NCBI GenBank assembly: GCA_041662965.1
Contig: JBAZRI010000005.1
Location: 6,166 to 70,165, forward strand
Length of the DNA stretch: 64,000 nt
Direction: 5' to 3'
Origin: Patescibacteria group bacterium
GTDB taxonomy: Bacteria > Patescibacteriota > Patescibacteriia > Patescibacteriales > GWC2-42-12
Each line of letters begins with the position of its first letter. Position 1 is the stretch's first letter. The position numbers were made by a program, and so were the translations under genes. Below are positions 52,970 to 61,418 of the stretch, piece by piece. Below the pieces are notes generated by a model. The model worked only from the letters and a program-made list of their open reading frames with translations. It was not told the DNA's origin and did not search any database.

Positions 52970-53962
52970 ATGCCAAAATTCAAAAAAATTTCTAAAAACA
53001 TCCAGCAAGTTACCATCGCTAATCCGCAAAAAACCCATTCAATTGACTGGATAAACATTAATAATGCCGGTAAGGCGGAAATTGAATTTTTGAGAAAAAA
53101 ATATAATTTTAAACTGTCCCAGCTCGCCGCTTCCTCGGCCAAATCAAACTCCCAAAGGCCGATTATCGCCCGCGAACCGAATTATATCTTCATGATCTTG
53201 CACTTTCCGGTCATGGCTAATTATCCGAGCGACAAGCCAGAAAACAACGGCCGGATTATGGCCGCGGAAATTGAATTCTTCATCGGCCATGGCTTTTTAA
53301 TAAGCTTGCCGAGCGCGCCGATTGAGCCCTTGAATGATTTTTTTAATTTATGCAAAAAGGATTCGGGGTCGCTCCTGTCTTACGAATTTGAATCTTCGGC
53401 CATTTTGCTTTATGAAATTTTAAACAAACTGCTTAAATACAGCTACATACTTTTAGATAATAACAGCATCGCCATAGCGCGCGCCGAGCAGATTATCTTA
53501 AGCGAAGACCAAAAAAAATCAGCCGCCTTGATTTTTAACCTAAGGCACAACCTGATTAATACCCGCAAAATCATGCAAAACCATAAAAATATCATTAAAC
53601 AGCTGATGGCCATGGAATCAAGCATTATTCCGCGGGAACACTTAAAAAAATATTACGGCGAGCTGATTGAACAGACGAAAAATATTTGGGAAACTTTAGA
53701 AAACCAGCGGGAGATGGTTGAAGTGCTCCATGATTCTTACGAATCAATAGCCAATTACCACTTAGGCAATATTATGAAAACTTTGACTATTTTTTACGTG
53801 ACTTTCTCCTCCTTAACTCTGATCGCCGCGATTTTCAGCATAAAAGCCGATCAGGGCATGCCCTTTATCAATTACCAGAATAACTTTTGGATAATTTTGG
53901 GCATCATGGGCCTGGCCGGGCTATCCATGCTGCTACTATTTAAAAAGAAAAAATGGCTGTAG
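52970..53962 (+). CDS. CorA-family divalent cation channel homolog lacking the GMN motif
   Basis: Overall CorA layout, with IDWININN near the N-terminus, two C-terminal TM segments, and MKTLTIFYVTF...IAAIFSIKADQGMPF...FKKKKWL in place of ...IAGIYGMNF..MPE... Confidence 0.65.
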   Translation: MPKFKKISKNIQQVTIANPQKTHSIDWININNAGKAEIEFLRKKYNFKLSQLAASSAKSNSQRPIIAREPNYIFMILHFPVMANYPSDKPENNGRIMAAEIEFFIGHGFLISLPSAPIEPLNDFFNLCKKDSGSLLSYEFESSAILLYEILNKLLKYSYILLDNNSIAIARAEQIILSEDQKKSAALIFNLRHNLINTRKIMQNHKNIIKQLMAMESSIIPREHLKKYYGELIEQTKNIWETLENQREMVEVLHDSYESIANYHLGNIMKTLTIFYVTFSSLTLIAAIFSIKADQGMPFINYQNNFWIILGIMGLAGLSMLLLFKKKKWL

Positions 53963-53988
53963 ATTTCACAGCCAACTGCACCTAACAC

Positions 53989-54016
53989 AAAAATCCGACT
54001 GCTGTCGGATTTTTTA
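53989..54016 (+). terminator. Intrinsic terminator
   Basis: aaatccgac-tgct-gtcggattt followed by ttt. Confidence 0.8.
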
Positions 54017-54039
54017 AATTAAAAAAAATTCAAAATCAC

Positions 54040-54180
54040 CCGGGGGTTCGGGGGTTGGAGTTGGCGCCAAGGCTTACAGCAGGAAGATAAATCAATAAGA
54101 TAGCCAACCTGCCTGCCGGCGAGGCAGGTCGGAAACCCCCGAGACTTTTTGCTTACTTTTTAGTCATAAAAAGTAAGTCC
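54040..54180. repeat. Nested hairpins including a cctgcc...ggcagg module
   Basis: tcgggggtt...aacccccga outer stem, gttggc...gccaac, acctgcctgccggcgaggcaggt, and cttacttttt-agtcat-aaaaagtaag. Confidence 0.75.
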
Positions 54181-54224
54181 TAGCGAAGCGTTAACTGAAC
54201 ATGATGTATCACTAAAAGTTATTT

Positions 54225-55247
54225 TTATTTTAAAACCTTTTTAATATCCTCTATATTTTCCACTTTAACTAATTCCTGCCTTAACTTGCCGGCATTAGGC
54301 AGCCCGGACACATACCAGCATAAATGCTTGCGCATTTCAATTATCCCCTGCTTGCCTTTTAACTTATAGGCTAGTTCCGCGTGCTTTAAAGCTGTTTGAA
54401 AAATTAATTTTTTTGTTATGGGTTGCGAGTTATGAGTTACGAGTTGCGAGAAAATCCACGGCCTGCCTAAGGCGCCCTGGCCGATGCCTAGGCCGTCCGC
54501 GCCGGTTTTATTCAACAGTTCTTCGGCGCTAGCTCGGTCTTTAACTCCCCCGTTGGCTAAAATAATCCCTTTGAAATATTTTTTAGCCTGCCTAATTATT
54601 TCCCAGTCCACGCTGCCGCTATGTCCTTGCGCCAAACTCCTGCCATGAATCATGACAGCGGCTACGGGCAAATCTTTTATGCTTTCCAGAAAATCCAAAG
54701 CCGTTATCCGTCCAACCACTGAACGGCATTTTATAGACACCGGCAAATCAGTATTTTTTATTACCGCTTCAATAATTTTACGCGCTAATTTTAAATCGTT
54801 CATCAGTGCGGCGCCGGCTCCCTGTCTCGCCACTTTTTTTACCGGACAACCGAAATTTATGTCAATACCGTCAGGCTTAATCTTTCCGGTAATAAATTCA
54901 GCGGCTTGCGCGAAGTGCTCCGGCTTGCCGCCGAACAGCTGTATCACGAACGGCCGCTCTTTTTTATCAAACTTCATTAATGCTAAAGTTTTCTTAGAAT
55001 TATAAACGATAGCCGTGGCGCTGATCATTTCGCTGTAAACAACGTCGGCGCCGAATGATTTGCAGATTTGCCGAAAGGCCGAATCCGCTACTCCGGCCAT
55101 AGGCGCCAAAGCATAAATTGGTTTTTTTATTTTTGATTTATCCTGCGTAGCCTTGGCGAAGGAGGACCAAAAATTTTTTACCCTATTGGAAGCAATATTT
55201 TTTTGTTTAACCATATAATTTGAAAATTTGATGATTTTGTGATTCAA
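54225..55247 (-). CDS. tRNA-dihydrouridine synthase (Dus family)
   Basis: YALAPMAGVADSAFRQI, DINFGCP, IHGRS, GRPWIF. The true start may be the internal MVKQK at 55214. Confidence 0.85.
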   Translation of the reverse strand: MNHKIIKFSNYMVKQKNIASNRVKNFWSSFAKATQDKSKIKKPIYALAPMAGVADSAFRQICKSFGADVVYSEMISATAIVYNSKKTLALMKFDKKERPFVIQLFGGKPEHFAQAAEFITGKIKPDGIDINFGCPVKKVARQGAGAALMNDLKLARKIIEAVIKNTDLPVSIKCRSVVGRITALDFLESIKDLPVAAVMIHGRSLAQGHSGSVDWEIIRQAKKYFKGIILANGGVKDRASAEELLNKTGADGLGIGQGALGRPWIFSQLVTHNSQPITKKLIFQTALKHAELAYKLKGKQGIIEMRKHLCWYVSGLPNAGKLRQELVKVENIEDIKKVLK

Positions 55248-55278
55248 CTATTTTATATTTTAATTCTAACGGGGTGAA

Positions 55279-55319
55279 TAAAAAATGCGCGCCGTTTCTG
55301 ATTAAGAAGCAGCGCGCGG
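55279..55319 (-). terminator. Intrinsic terminator
   Basis: Minus strand GCGCGCTG...CGGCGCGC followed by ATTTTTTATT. Confidence 0.7.
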
Positions 55320-55326
55320 TTGATAA

Positions 55327-55479
55327 TTACTCCTCATCCCCCTCTTCGTTTTCAGGGCGCGAGTGCCGTGCTTGGTTAAATGCTTCTACAAATGGGACGG
55401 TACAAACAGTAATTAAAAAAACTGCCGCAATATATTCCCAGATACCTGTTCTGCTTAAAAAATTCATAATTGCTTCCAT
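55327..55479 (-). CDS. 50-aa single-TM peptide, SD-led, immediately downstream of cysS
   Basis: MEAIMNFLSRTGIWEYIAAVFLITVCTVPFVEAFNQARHSRPENEEGDEE*. AGGAGG starts 3 nt after the cysS stop. Confidence 0.5.
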   Translation of the reverse strand: MEAIMNFLSRTGIWEYIAAVFLITVCTVPFVEAFNQARHSRPENEEGDEE

Positions 55480-55493
55480 GAGCACTCCTCCTT

Positions 55494-56933
55494 TTATTTT
55501 TTCGTAATTCTTTGTCCGTTTTTAGTATCTTCAATATTATAGCCTAATTTTTCAATTTGCCAGCGCAGTTTATCCGATTCTTCAAAATTTTTATCTTGCC
55601 TGGCTTTTTCTCTGGCTCTGATTATTTTCTCAATTTCAACCGGAACTTTTTCTTCTTTTAACGCGCCGGCCAAGCCCAACCCTAAAACTTTATCAAAATC
55701 TAAAATCGTCGCTAATTTTTCCTCGTCTTTAATCTCTGACTTTAAAACTTCTTGGATTATAGCTAGCGCTTGCGGCGTATTTAAATCATCGTTAATCGCC
55801 CGCGAAAACTTTTCTTTAAAATTAGAATTTATACTTGCTACTTTATACTTTATACTTTTAACTTTTAACTCTTTTAGCTGATTATATAAATGTTTTAATC
55901 CTTCCGTTGCCGCCCCTAGCGCCTCCCAGCTAAAATTCATTACTTTGCCATAGCCGGTTTGTAAACATAAAAATCTAAAGGCTAAAGGGCTGATTTTCTT
56001 TTCTGCCAAATCTTTAAGCGTATAAAAATTATTAAACCGTTTGCTCATCTTTTTTCCATCCACTAACAAATATTCATTATGCAGCCAATAATTTACCGGC
56101 CTTTTGCATTTATATCCGATGACGCTTTGGTGTATTTCATTTTCATGATGAGGAAATTTTAAATCAACGCCGCCGGTGTGAATGTCAAAAGGCATGCCTA
56201 ACTCGGCCTGGCCCATGGCCGAGCATTCAATATGCCAGCCGGGCCGACCGGGTAATTTTTGCCCGTCAAGCTCAAACTGCCATGACGGCTCCCCTTGTTT
56301 TTGCCCTTTCCATAAAACAAAATCTTGAACATTGTCTTTTTCATATTCATCGCTGTCTATCCTAGCGCCTGATTTTAATTTTGAGACGTCAATATCAACT
56401 AATAAGCCGTATTTGTGTTTCTGGCTGTATTTAACTACGTCAAAATAAACCGAACCGTCTTTTATGTAAGCTAAGCCGGATTTAAAAATTTTCGCGACTA
56501 ACTCCTGCATTTTTTCAATATATTCAGTCGCTCGAGTTATTTTAATCTGCTGTTTTTCAATATTTAATTTTTCCAAATCCTGCCAAAAATAATTTTCAAA
56601 TTCAGCCGTAAATTTTTTTAAAGCTTGCATCGGGGGCATGTCCGGATATTTTATTTTTGAATCCCTGATGGTTTTATCGTCAACGTCGGTAATATTCATA
56701 ACCCATTTAACTTTTTTTTCGCCAAAATTATATTTTAAAACTCTATTTAAAATATCGGCAAAAACATAAGCCCTTAAATTGCCGACATGGGCGTAATTAT
56801 AAACCGTGGGCCCGCAAGTATATAATCCGACTGCCCCCTGTCCTTTATAAGGAGAGGGTCGGGGTGAGGTTTTAATCGGCTTGAATTCCTCTCTTTTGCG
56901 GCTAAGCGTATTGTATAAAAATAGTTTATTCAT
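55494..56933 (-). CDS. cysS: Cysteine--tRNA ligase
   Basis: YTCGPTVYNYAHVGNLR (HIGH-type), KMSKRF (KMSKS). Carries a ~10-aa repeat-derived insertion after FKPI. Confidence 0.95.
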   Translation of the reverse strand: MNKLFLYNTLSRKREEFKPIKTSPRPSPYKGQGAVGLYTCGPTVYNYAHVGNLRAYVFADILNRVLKYNFGEKKVKWVMNITDVDDKTIRDSKIKYPDMPPMQALKKFTAEFENYFWQDLEKLNIEKQQIKITRATEYIEKMQELVAKIFKSGLAYIKDGSVYFDVVKYSQKHKYGLLVDIDVSKLKSGARIDSDEYEKDNVQDFVLWKGQKQGEPSWQFELDGQKLPGRPGWHIECSAMGQAELGMPFDIHTGGVDLKFPHHENEIHQSVIGYKCKRPVNYWLHNEYLLVDGKKMSKRFNNFYTLKDLAEKKISPLAFRFLCLQTGYGKVMNFSWEALGAATEGLKHLYNQLKELKVKSIKYKVASINSNFKEKFSRAINDDLNTPQALAIIQEVLKSEIKDEEKLATILDFDKVLGLGLAGALKEEKVPVEIEKIIRAREKARQDKNFEESDKLRWQIEKLGYNIEDTKNGQRITKK

Positions 56934-56940
56934 AATTTTG

Positions 56941-57004
56941 CCCCCTTTATTAAAGGGGGTTAGGCCGCGCCCGCAACGCTTCGCTTGCGAGGCGGGCGGG
57001 GGGA
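56941..57004. repeat. Two GC-rich hairpin modules in the cysS leader
   Basis: ccccctttattaaaggggg (56941..56959) ends 7 nt before the ATG; ccgcgcccgcaacgcttcgcttgcgaggcgggcgg. Confidence 0.85.
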
Positions 57005-57019
57005 TTTTACCTTGTTTTT

Positions 57020-57048
57020 ATTCTACCCCACCGCCCTTTTTTAGGCAA
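57020..57048 (-). promoter_or_regulatory. Promoter-like TTGCCT-17-TAGAAT upstream of cysS
   Basis: -35 at 57043..57048 and -10 at 57020..57025, giving an ~86-nt leader. Confidence 0.5.
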
Positions 57049-57087
57049 GAAAAAGCCGTACGGAAATTAAATCTTCCGTACGGCCGT
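57049..57087 (-). terminator. Intrinsic terminator
   Basis: Minus strand GCCGTACGGAA-GATTTAA-TTCCGTACGGC followed by TTTTTC. Confidence 0.85.
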
Positions 57088-57102
57088 ATAGGTGGAGTTA
57101 CT

Positions 57103-57561
57103 TTATTTTTCAATATACTCCACATTCGTAACTTCATTATACTCCGGTATTTTTGCCTCGGGCACGGAGTGGACTTTAAAGGTTGCTAACTCCTCTGCCC
57201 TTTTTAGTAAAAAATTCGGTAAAAACCCGACATATATCGGACTGTTCGGATCTTTATCATATACCGACAAGATACTTGGCTCATCGGCGCCTTTTAAATA
57301 ATATGCTCGATCAAATTTATAAGTTGTTCCCGGCTTTAATTCATTGAAGGGCACCAATTTGCCAAATTTATTATTTTGGCTAATTAATATCCCTGCTATA
57401 AAAGCCCCGGCCGCCGCACAGATGGTTGGAAAAAAAATTAAGAAGGGATTAATAGTTTCTGATGCCGAATTAACTAAAATTGACATCAATACTATACCAA
57501 TAGCCATAAGAATCGGAACTGCTAAACATAATATCTTTACCCCACCGGATAATTTTATCAT
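57103..57561 (-). CDS. Hypothetical membrane protein (2 TM plus soluble domain), SD-led
   Basis: 152 aa. GGAGG 5 nt upstream of the ATG. Confidence 0.6.
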   Translation of the reverse strand: MIKLSGGVKILCLAVPILMAIGIVLMSILVNSASETINPFLIFFPTICAAAGAFIAGILISQNNKFGKLVPFNELKPGTTYKFDRAYYLKGADEPSILSVYDKDPNSPIYVGFLPNFLLKRAEELATFKVHSVPEAKIPEYNEVTNVEYIEK

Positions 57562-57708
57562 TCTTTCCTCCTTTTTTGCCTTATCGGCGTTTTTATGTTT
57601 ATAATAGCTTGTTATTTAAAAAGACCGCGCATTACTTTTCACAATTTCGCCCGCAGTTAGTATTACGTACGGGCAAAAAGTAAAAATTAATATGTTGTTA
57701 TATTATTG

Positions 57709-57849
57709 ATTGGGCTAAATTTATGAAATTTTCGTGAGATTACTGCAGTTAGGCTTGGAAAAATTGTTTTTATCGCGCATACGAAATTGTAGCGACCGCA
57801 GGGAGCCCAAATTTCGTCTAAGCAAAAAAAACAATTTTTCCAAGCCTAA
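57709..57849. repeat. Nested repeats: degenerate family-2 left half, then a full family-3 element with a family-1 module at its apex
   Basis: attgggctaaatttatgaaattttcgtgagattactgcag, then ttaggcttggaaaaattgttttt...gcgcatacgaaattgta-gcgaccgcagggagc-ccaaatttcgtctaagc...aaaaacaatttttccaagcctaa. Confidence 0.9.
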
Positions 57850-57894
57850 CGTATAACTACAATATTATTTCAATTTTCCTACCGCTTATTTTTG

Positions 57895-57957
57895 TATCCC
57901 CGCCTCCTCAGTGAAATATGCTCTGCATTTCACGGGGCTAGCCGCGGGGATGACAAA
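57895..57957. repeat. Nested GC hairpin ending in ggggatgac
   Basis: atccccgc...gtgaaat-atgctctgc-atttcac...gcggggatgac. Confidence 0.75.
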
Positions 57958-57966
57958 AAATATATA

Positions 57967-60900
57967 TTACAAATACTTCTCCGGATCTACGCTCGCGCCA
58001 TTTAGCAATACTTCAAAATGCAGATGCGCTCCGTTGGTATATGGTCCGGCGCCGGGCGTACCCGGCTTGCCGCCCGATAAGCCGATAATACCGCGCTGTT
58101 TAACCTGGTCGCCGACTTTAACGTCAAGGTGCGATAAATGGGCGTATCTGGTTATTAGGCCGTTGCCGTGGCTGATGGCGATATAACTCGCCTGATCGCT
58201 TGAGCCGTCGACAACTTCAATGACCGTGCCGGCGCCGGCCGCCTTGACCGAAGTGCCTTGGGATACGGCTATGTCTATGCCCGTATGTTCGCCGACAGAA
58301 TCTTTATAAGGATAATTAGTGTCATGCCAGCCGTAAGTTATGGCGCCGCTAACCGGCTTAATAAACGTTTTCGCCGTACCATTATTAGGCTGGCCGTTAT
58401 CTTCGCTGGCGCCGGTAGCGATGGTGAATTTATAGCTGTCAGTCGGGTCGCCGTTGATAAGCGCGCTGACTTTTGAAGATTTGCCTCGCGCCTTAAAATC
58501 GCTGAAATAAATATCCATATTTTTATCGGCGATTAATTCGCTGGTTTTAACATGGACATCAAAGACGGCTTCTTCTCCGGCCTTAACTACAAAGCCGCCT
58601 AAGCTGATTTTATTGGCGCCGGCTACCGGCCGGGTAATCGTACTGCCGGCGGTTTTTTGCTTATCGCGATTAATTACTTTTAAATTGCTGTAGCCTAAGC
58701 TATAGGTTAATTCCCGGTCAGCCGAATTAATGGTAATTGACTCTAACTTTAAATCTTCAATGCCTGAATTTTTAACTTTAAAGCCGGCGACGACATTGTC
58801 ATTTTCGCCCTTGGTTACGAAGCCTTCGGTAACTTTGGTAATCTCCGCCGAGGCCGGGCCGAAAGCGGTCTTATGGCTGTTAACATTTAAATTATTAACC
58901 ACAGCCGGTATTAAAGAATTATTGTTAACCGCGGCTAAATTGCTGATCGCCAACTGGACTTCCGAAGCTTTAAGGTCGGTTTCCGTATCGGCGTAAACTT
59001 TTATTTCCGCTCTGGCGCCTGACTTTAAAATATATTTAAAGCCGGCGGCGGTTAAGTCATTTGAATAAGGATTTTTAATCTCTTTAATTTTGGTTGAACC
59101 GATATAAAACTTTAAATTGCTGAAGCCGTTGTCAAAAGAAATCACGCCCGAGCTAGCGCCGCCGCGGGCAAAAGTCAAATCGGTTATTTTAGTATCGCCG
59201 CCGGCCGCGCCCTCTACGATAAAGCTGGCGATCTTAATATTTTTTTGCCCCTTGATAAAAGCCTGATCGCCTAAGTCATTATTAGGATAAAGATAAAGGC
59301 TGGATTTACTGATCATTAATTTAGCGCCGGCGATATTAACCGTATCGGAGAAGGAAGCGCCGCTCCCAATGCTATAATCAAGGCTGTTTAAAATTATTTT
59401 GTAATAGCCGCCGTTGGACACGCTCTCCGGCACCTTAGTGACTAAAGCAACAACTAAATTTTGCTTGGCCGCTAAATTCAGTTCGCCTAAATCAACGCTA
59501 GCTTTGCCGTTATTAAATTCATCGCCGTCAAAATTATCATAAACTTCGCCGCTATTATAATTAACCAAGTAGATAACCCCGGTTAAATTAGGCGAGGCGC
59601 TATTTTTTTCCAAACTAAAAGTCAAGCGATTTAAGCTTATTTTTTGGTTATTATTCCTGATTTCAAAATTGCCGATAATTACGCCGGTCTGCTTGGTGAA
59701 AACTTTATTATTGGCCTTTAGCTCTTTGGCCGTAACGCCGACCGCTTCCCTTTTAATGGTTATATTTTCTTCAAGATTGGCTATACTGACATACAAGCTA
59801 TAGTTTCCCTGGGAGCTTAAAACTTTAGCTTCTTTAAGATAAAGATTGATCAGCTTGCCGTCGCCGCCGATAACATCGGCGGAAACGGTGAAAGTTTCAT
59901 CGCCGCCTTTTTTGATTTTATAATTGTTTAATTTAAAAACTATTTCCTTATCGCCAGCCGCTTCGGAAACGGTAGAAATAATTTGGCCGGCTTTATTTTT
60001 TAACTTGAAGTTATTTAAACTGGGCACGATAACCTTGCTCTGATTGGAAAATTTTAATTCTTTGACGAAAACATCGGATCGGCTGGAAGTTTCAGCTAAA
60101 TTGAATTTACCGATATTTTTTTCCGTTGAGCCGATAATCGCCTGATTATTATTAATGCCTAAAGACTGCTCGCTAACGGCAACGCTTTCTAAAACTCCGA
60201 CTCCGGAGATAAGCTTAAAGGTTTCTCCGGCTAAAGGAAAGGCGCCTAAAGCTTTGGCGCCAGTAATACTCGCGGCCTGGCTGATAACGACCGAGAAGGC
60301 CTGATTAGCAACCTCGGCCGAGTTATCGTTAAAATCTACATAAACTTTTAATTTTTTGGTTTCACCCGAATTAATAACCATCGGCTTATTCGTAAAATTA
60401 AAAATCGCCTGCCTGCCATGCAACCTAAAATAAGCCGGATATTCAATATCGCTTTCATCGGTTAAATAAAATTTTTTGATTACTTCTTGATTAAAAAAGC
60501 CTTTTAAATCTAAAACCAAATTTGTAATTTCCACCTGTCGGCCGTCAGCTTTTAAATTAAAAACAGCCGTTAAATTATCTTGCGTGCCAATAGCCAAATA
60601 ATCAGGCCCCGGACTGGAAGCGTCTAAAGCAACCGACAGCGGATTATCGCTATAATCTCCGATTGCGCCGGCGGCTTTGAAGTCGGCCGTATCATATTCG
60701 GCTAAGTCGGCCTGGGCGATTGTTACGATGTCCGGCCATTTAAAGCCTGAATCAATAAACTGCTGGGCCGATTCAATTACGGCTTTCCGGCCGTTAGCAA
60801 TATAATAAACGGCTTTATCGTTACCGGCTTTAACCAGTTTAACTTCCGGCCATTTATTTAATTCCGCCTGGCTGATAACTTTAATATCGCTCCATTTATT

Positions 60901-61128
60901 GCCATAAGCTAAAAAGGCCTTAGCGCTTACATAAGATTTTTTAACTCCGCGCGCGTGATCTAAATAATATACCGTTGGATTATCGGCAGTTTTAACCTGT
61001 TTAATTTCAGAATTGACGCCATAAGCCGCCCCGGCGATTTGCGCGTTAATAGCTAAACAACCGATAATAACAGTAATAATTACGGCAAAAATGAATAATT
61101 TTTTAGCTAATATTAAAGTATTAAACAT
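57967..61128 (-). CDS. Large secreted protein with C-terminal M23 (LytM-type) metallopeptidase domain
   Basis: HTGIDIA...GTVIEV...RYAHLSHLDVKVGDQV...GAHLHFEV. N-terminal signal/TM segment. Confidence 0.85.
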   Translation of the reverse strand: MFNTLILAKKLFIFAVIITVIIGCLAINAQIAGAAYGVNSEIKQVKTADNPTVYYLDHARGVKKSYVSAKAFLAYGNKWSDIKVISQAELNKWPEVKLVKAGNDKAVYYIANGRKAVIESAQQFIDSGFKWPDIVTIAQADLAEYDTADFKAAGAIGDYSDNPLSVALDASSPGPDYLAIGTQDNLTAVFNLKADGRQVEITNLVLDLKGFFNQEVIKKFYLTDESDIEYPAYFRLHGRQAIFNFTNKPMVINSGETKKLKVYVDFNDNSAEVANQAFSVVISQAASITGAKALGAFPLAGETFKLISGVGVLESVAVSEQSLGINNNQAIIGSTEKNIGKFNLAETSSRSDVFVKELKFSNQSKVIVPSLNNFKLKNKAGQIISTVSEAAGDKEIVFKLNNYKIKKGGDETFTVSADVIGGDGKLINLYLKEAKVLSSQGNYSLYVSIANLEENITIKREAVGVTAKELKANNKVFTKQTGVIIGNFEIRNNNQKISLNRLTFSLEKNSASPNLTGVIYLVNYNSGEVYDNFDGDEFNNGKASVDLGELNLAAKQNLVVALVTKVPESVSNGGYYKIILNSLDYSIGSGASFSDTVNIAGAKLMISKSSLYLYPNNDLGDQAFIKGQKNIKIASFIVEGAAGGDTKITDLTFARGGASSGVISFDNGFSNLKFYIGSTKIKEIKNPYSNDLTAAGFKYILKSGARAEIKVYADTETDLKASEVQLAISNLAAVNNNSLIPAVVNNLNVNSHKTAFGPASAEITKVTEGFVTKGENDNVVAGFKVKNSGIEDLKLESITINSADRELTYSLGYSNLKVINRDKQKTAGSTITRPVAGANKISLGGFVVKAGEEAVFDVHVKTSELIADKNMDIYFSDFKARGKSSKVSALINGDPTDSYKFTIATGASEDNGQPNNGTAKTFIKPVSGAITYGWHDTNYPYKDSVGEHTGIDIAVSQGTSVKAAGAGTVIEVVDGSSDQASYIAISHGNGLITRYAHLSHLDVKVGDQVKQRGIIGLSGGKPGTPGAGPYTNGAHLHFEVLLNGASVDPEKYL

Positions 61129-61159
61129 ATAATATAGTTATAAATTTAAATAACTTATT

Positions 61160-61188
61160 ACTATATCATATATTGAACATTATGTCAA
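61160..61188 (-). promoter_or_regulatory. Consensus promoter TTGACA-17-TATAGT
   Basis: -35 at 61183..61188 and -10 at 61160..61165, 31 nt upstream of the ATG at 61128. Confidence 0.6.
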
Positions 61189-61370
61189 ATAACTAGCGAA
61201 CAAACCGTTTGCCGGCCTTGCGAGCGGGCATATAATTTTTAGCTTGAATTTGCCGTTAAAAAAACGGCATGTTTGAGCCGTTAGGCGAGTTTGCCGTTTT
61301 TAGGCAAATTAAAGCGGCCCAGAGGCAAAAATTATTCTAAACGCGAACAAGGCTGGCAAACGGCCAAACT

Positions 61371-61396
61371 AAAAAATCCTCCGATTAAGGAGGATC
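61371..61396 (-). terminator. Intrinsic terminator
   Basis: Minus strand ATCCTCC-TTAATC-GGAGGAT followed by TTTTTT. Confidence 0.8.
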
Positions 61397-61418
61397 TAAA
61401 AATTAACAATAATTTTTA

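Noticed and set aside
52844-53142. Minus-strand ORFs 52844..53038 and 52927..53142
   Set aside because: They overlap the 5' region and start of the CorA-like plus-strand gene, and their hydrophobic low-complexity translations have no signals.
54060-54140. Possible SRP (4.5S) RNA because of gccaaggc, cagcaggaag and ggtcggaaac strings
   Set aside because: The order and pairing do not reproduce the conserved helix-8 motif (GGAA tetraloop followed by GGAAGCAGCC...AAGGCAG). The segment is better explained by nested repeat modules, including the recurrent cctgcc...ggcagg hairpin. The region upstream of dnaX, a common ffs location, is also only AT-rich repeats.
55274-55507. 77-aa plus-strand ORF between dus and cysS
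   Set aside because: It has no start signal and odd composition. The minus strand carries an SD-led 50-aa TM peptide plus a terminator that explain the region better.
56934-57048. T-box or other riboswitch in the cysS leader (AGGGCGGTGGGG resembles the T-box AGGGTGGNACC)
   Set aside because: The similar string lies in the promoter spacer, not next to a terminator/antiterminator. No specifier-loop architecture is visible, and the leader hairpins are copies of dispersed repeat modules.
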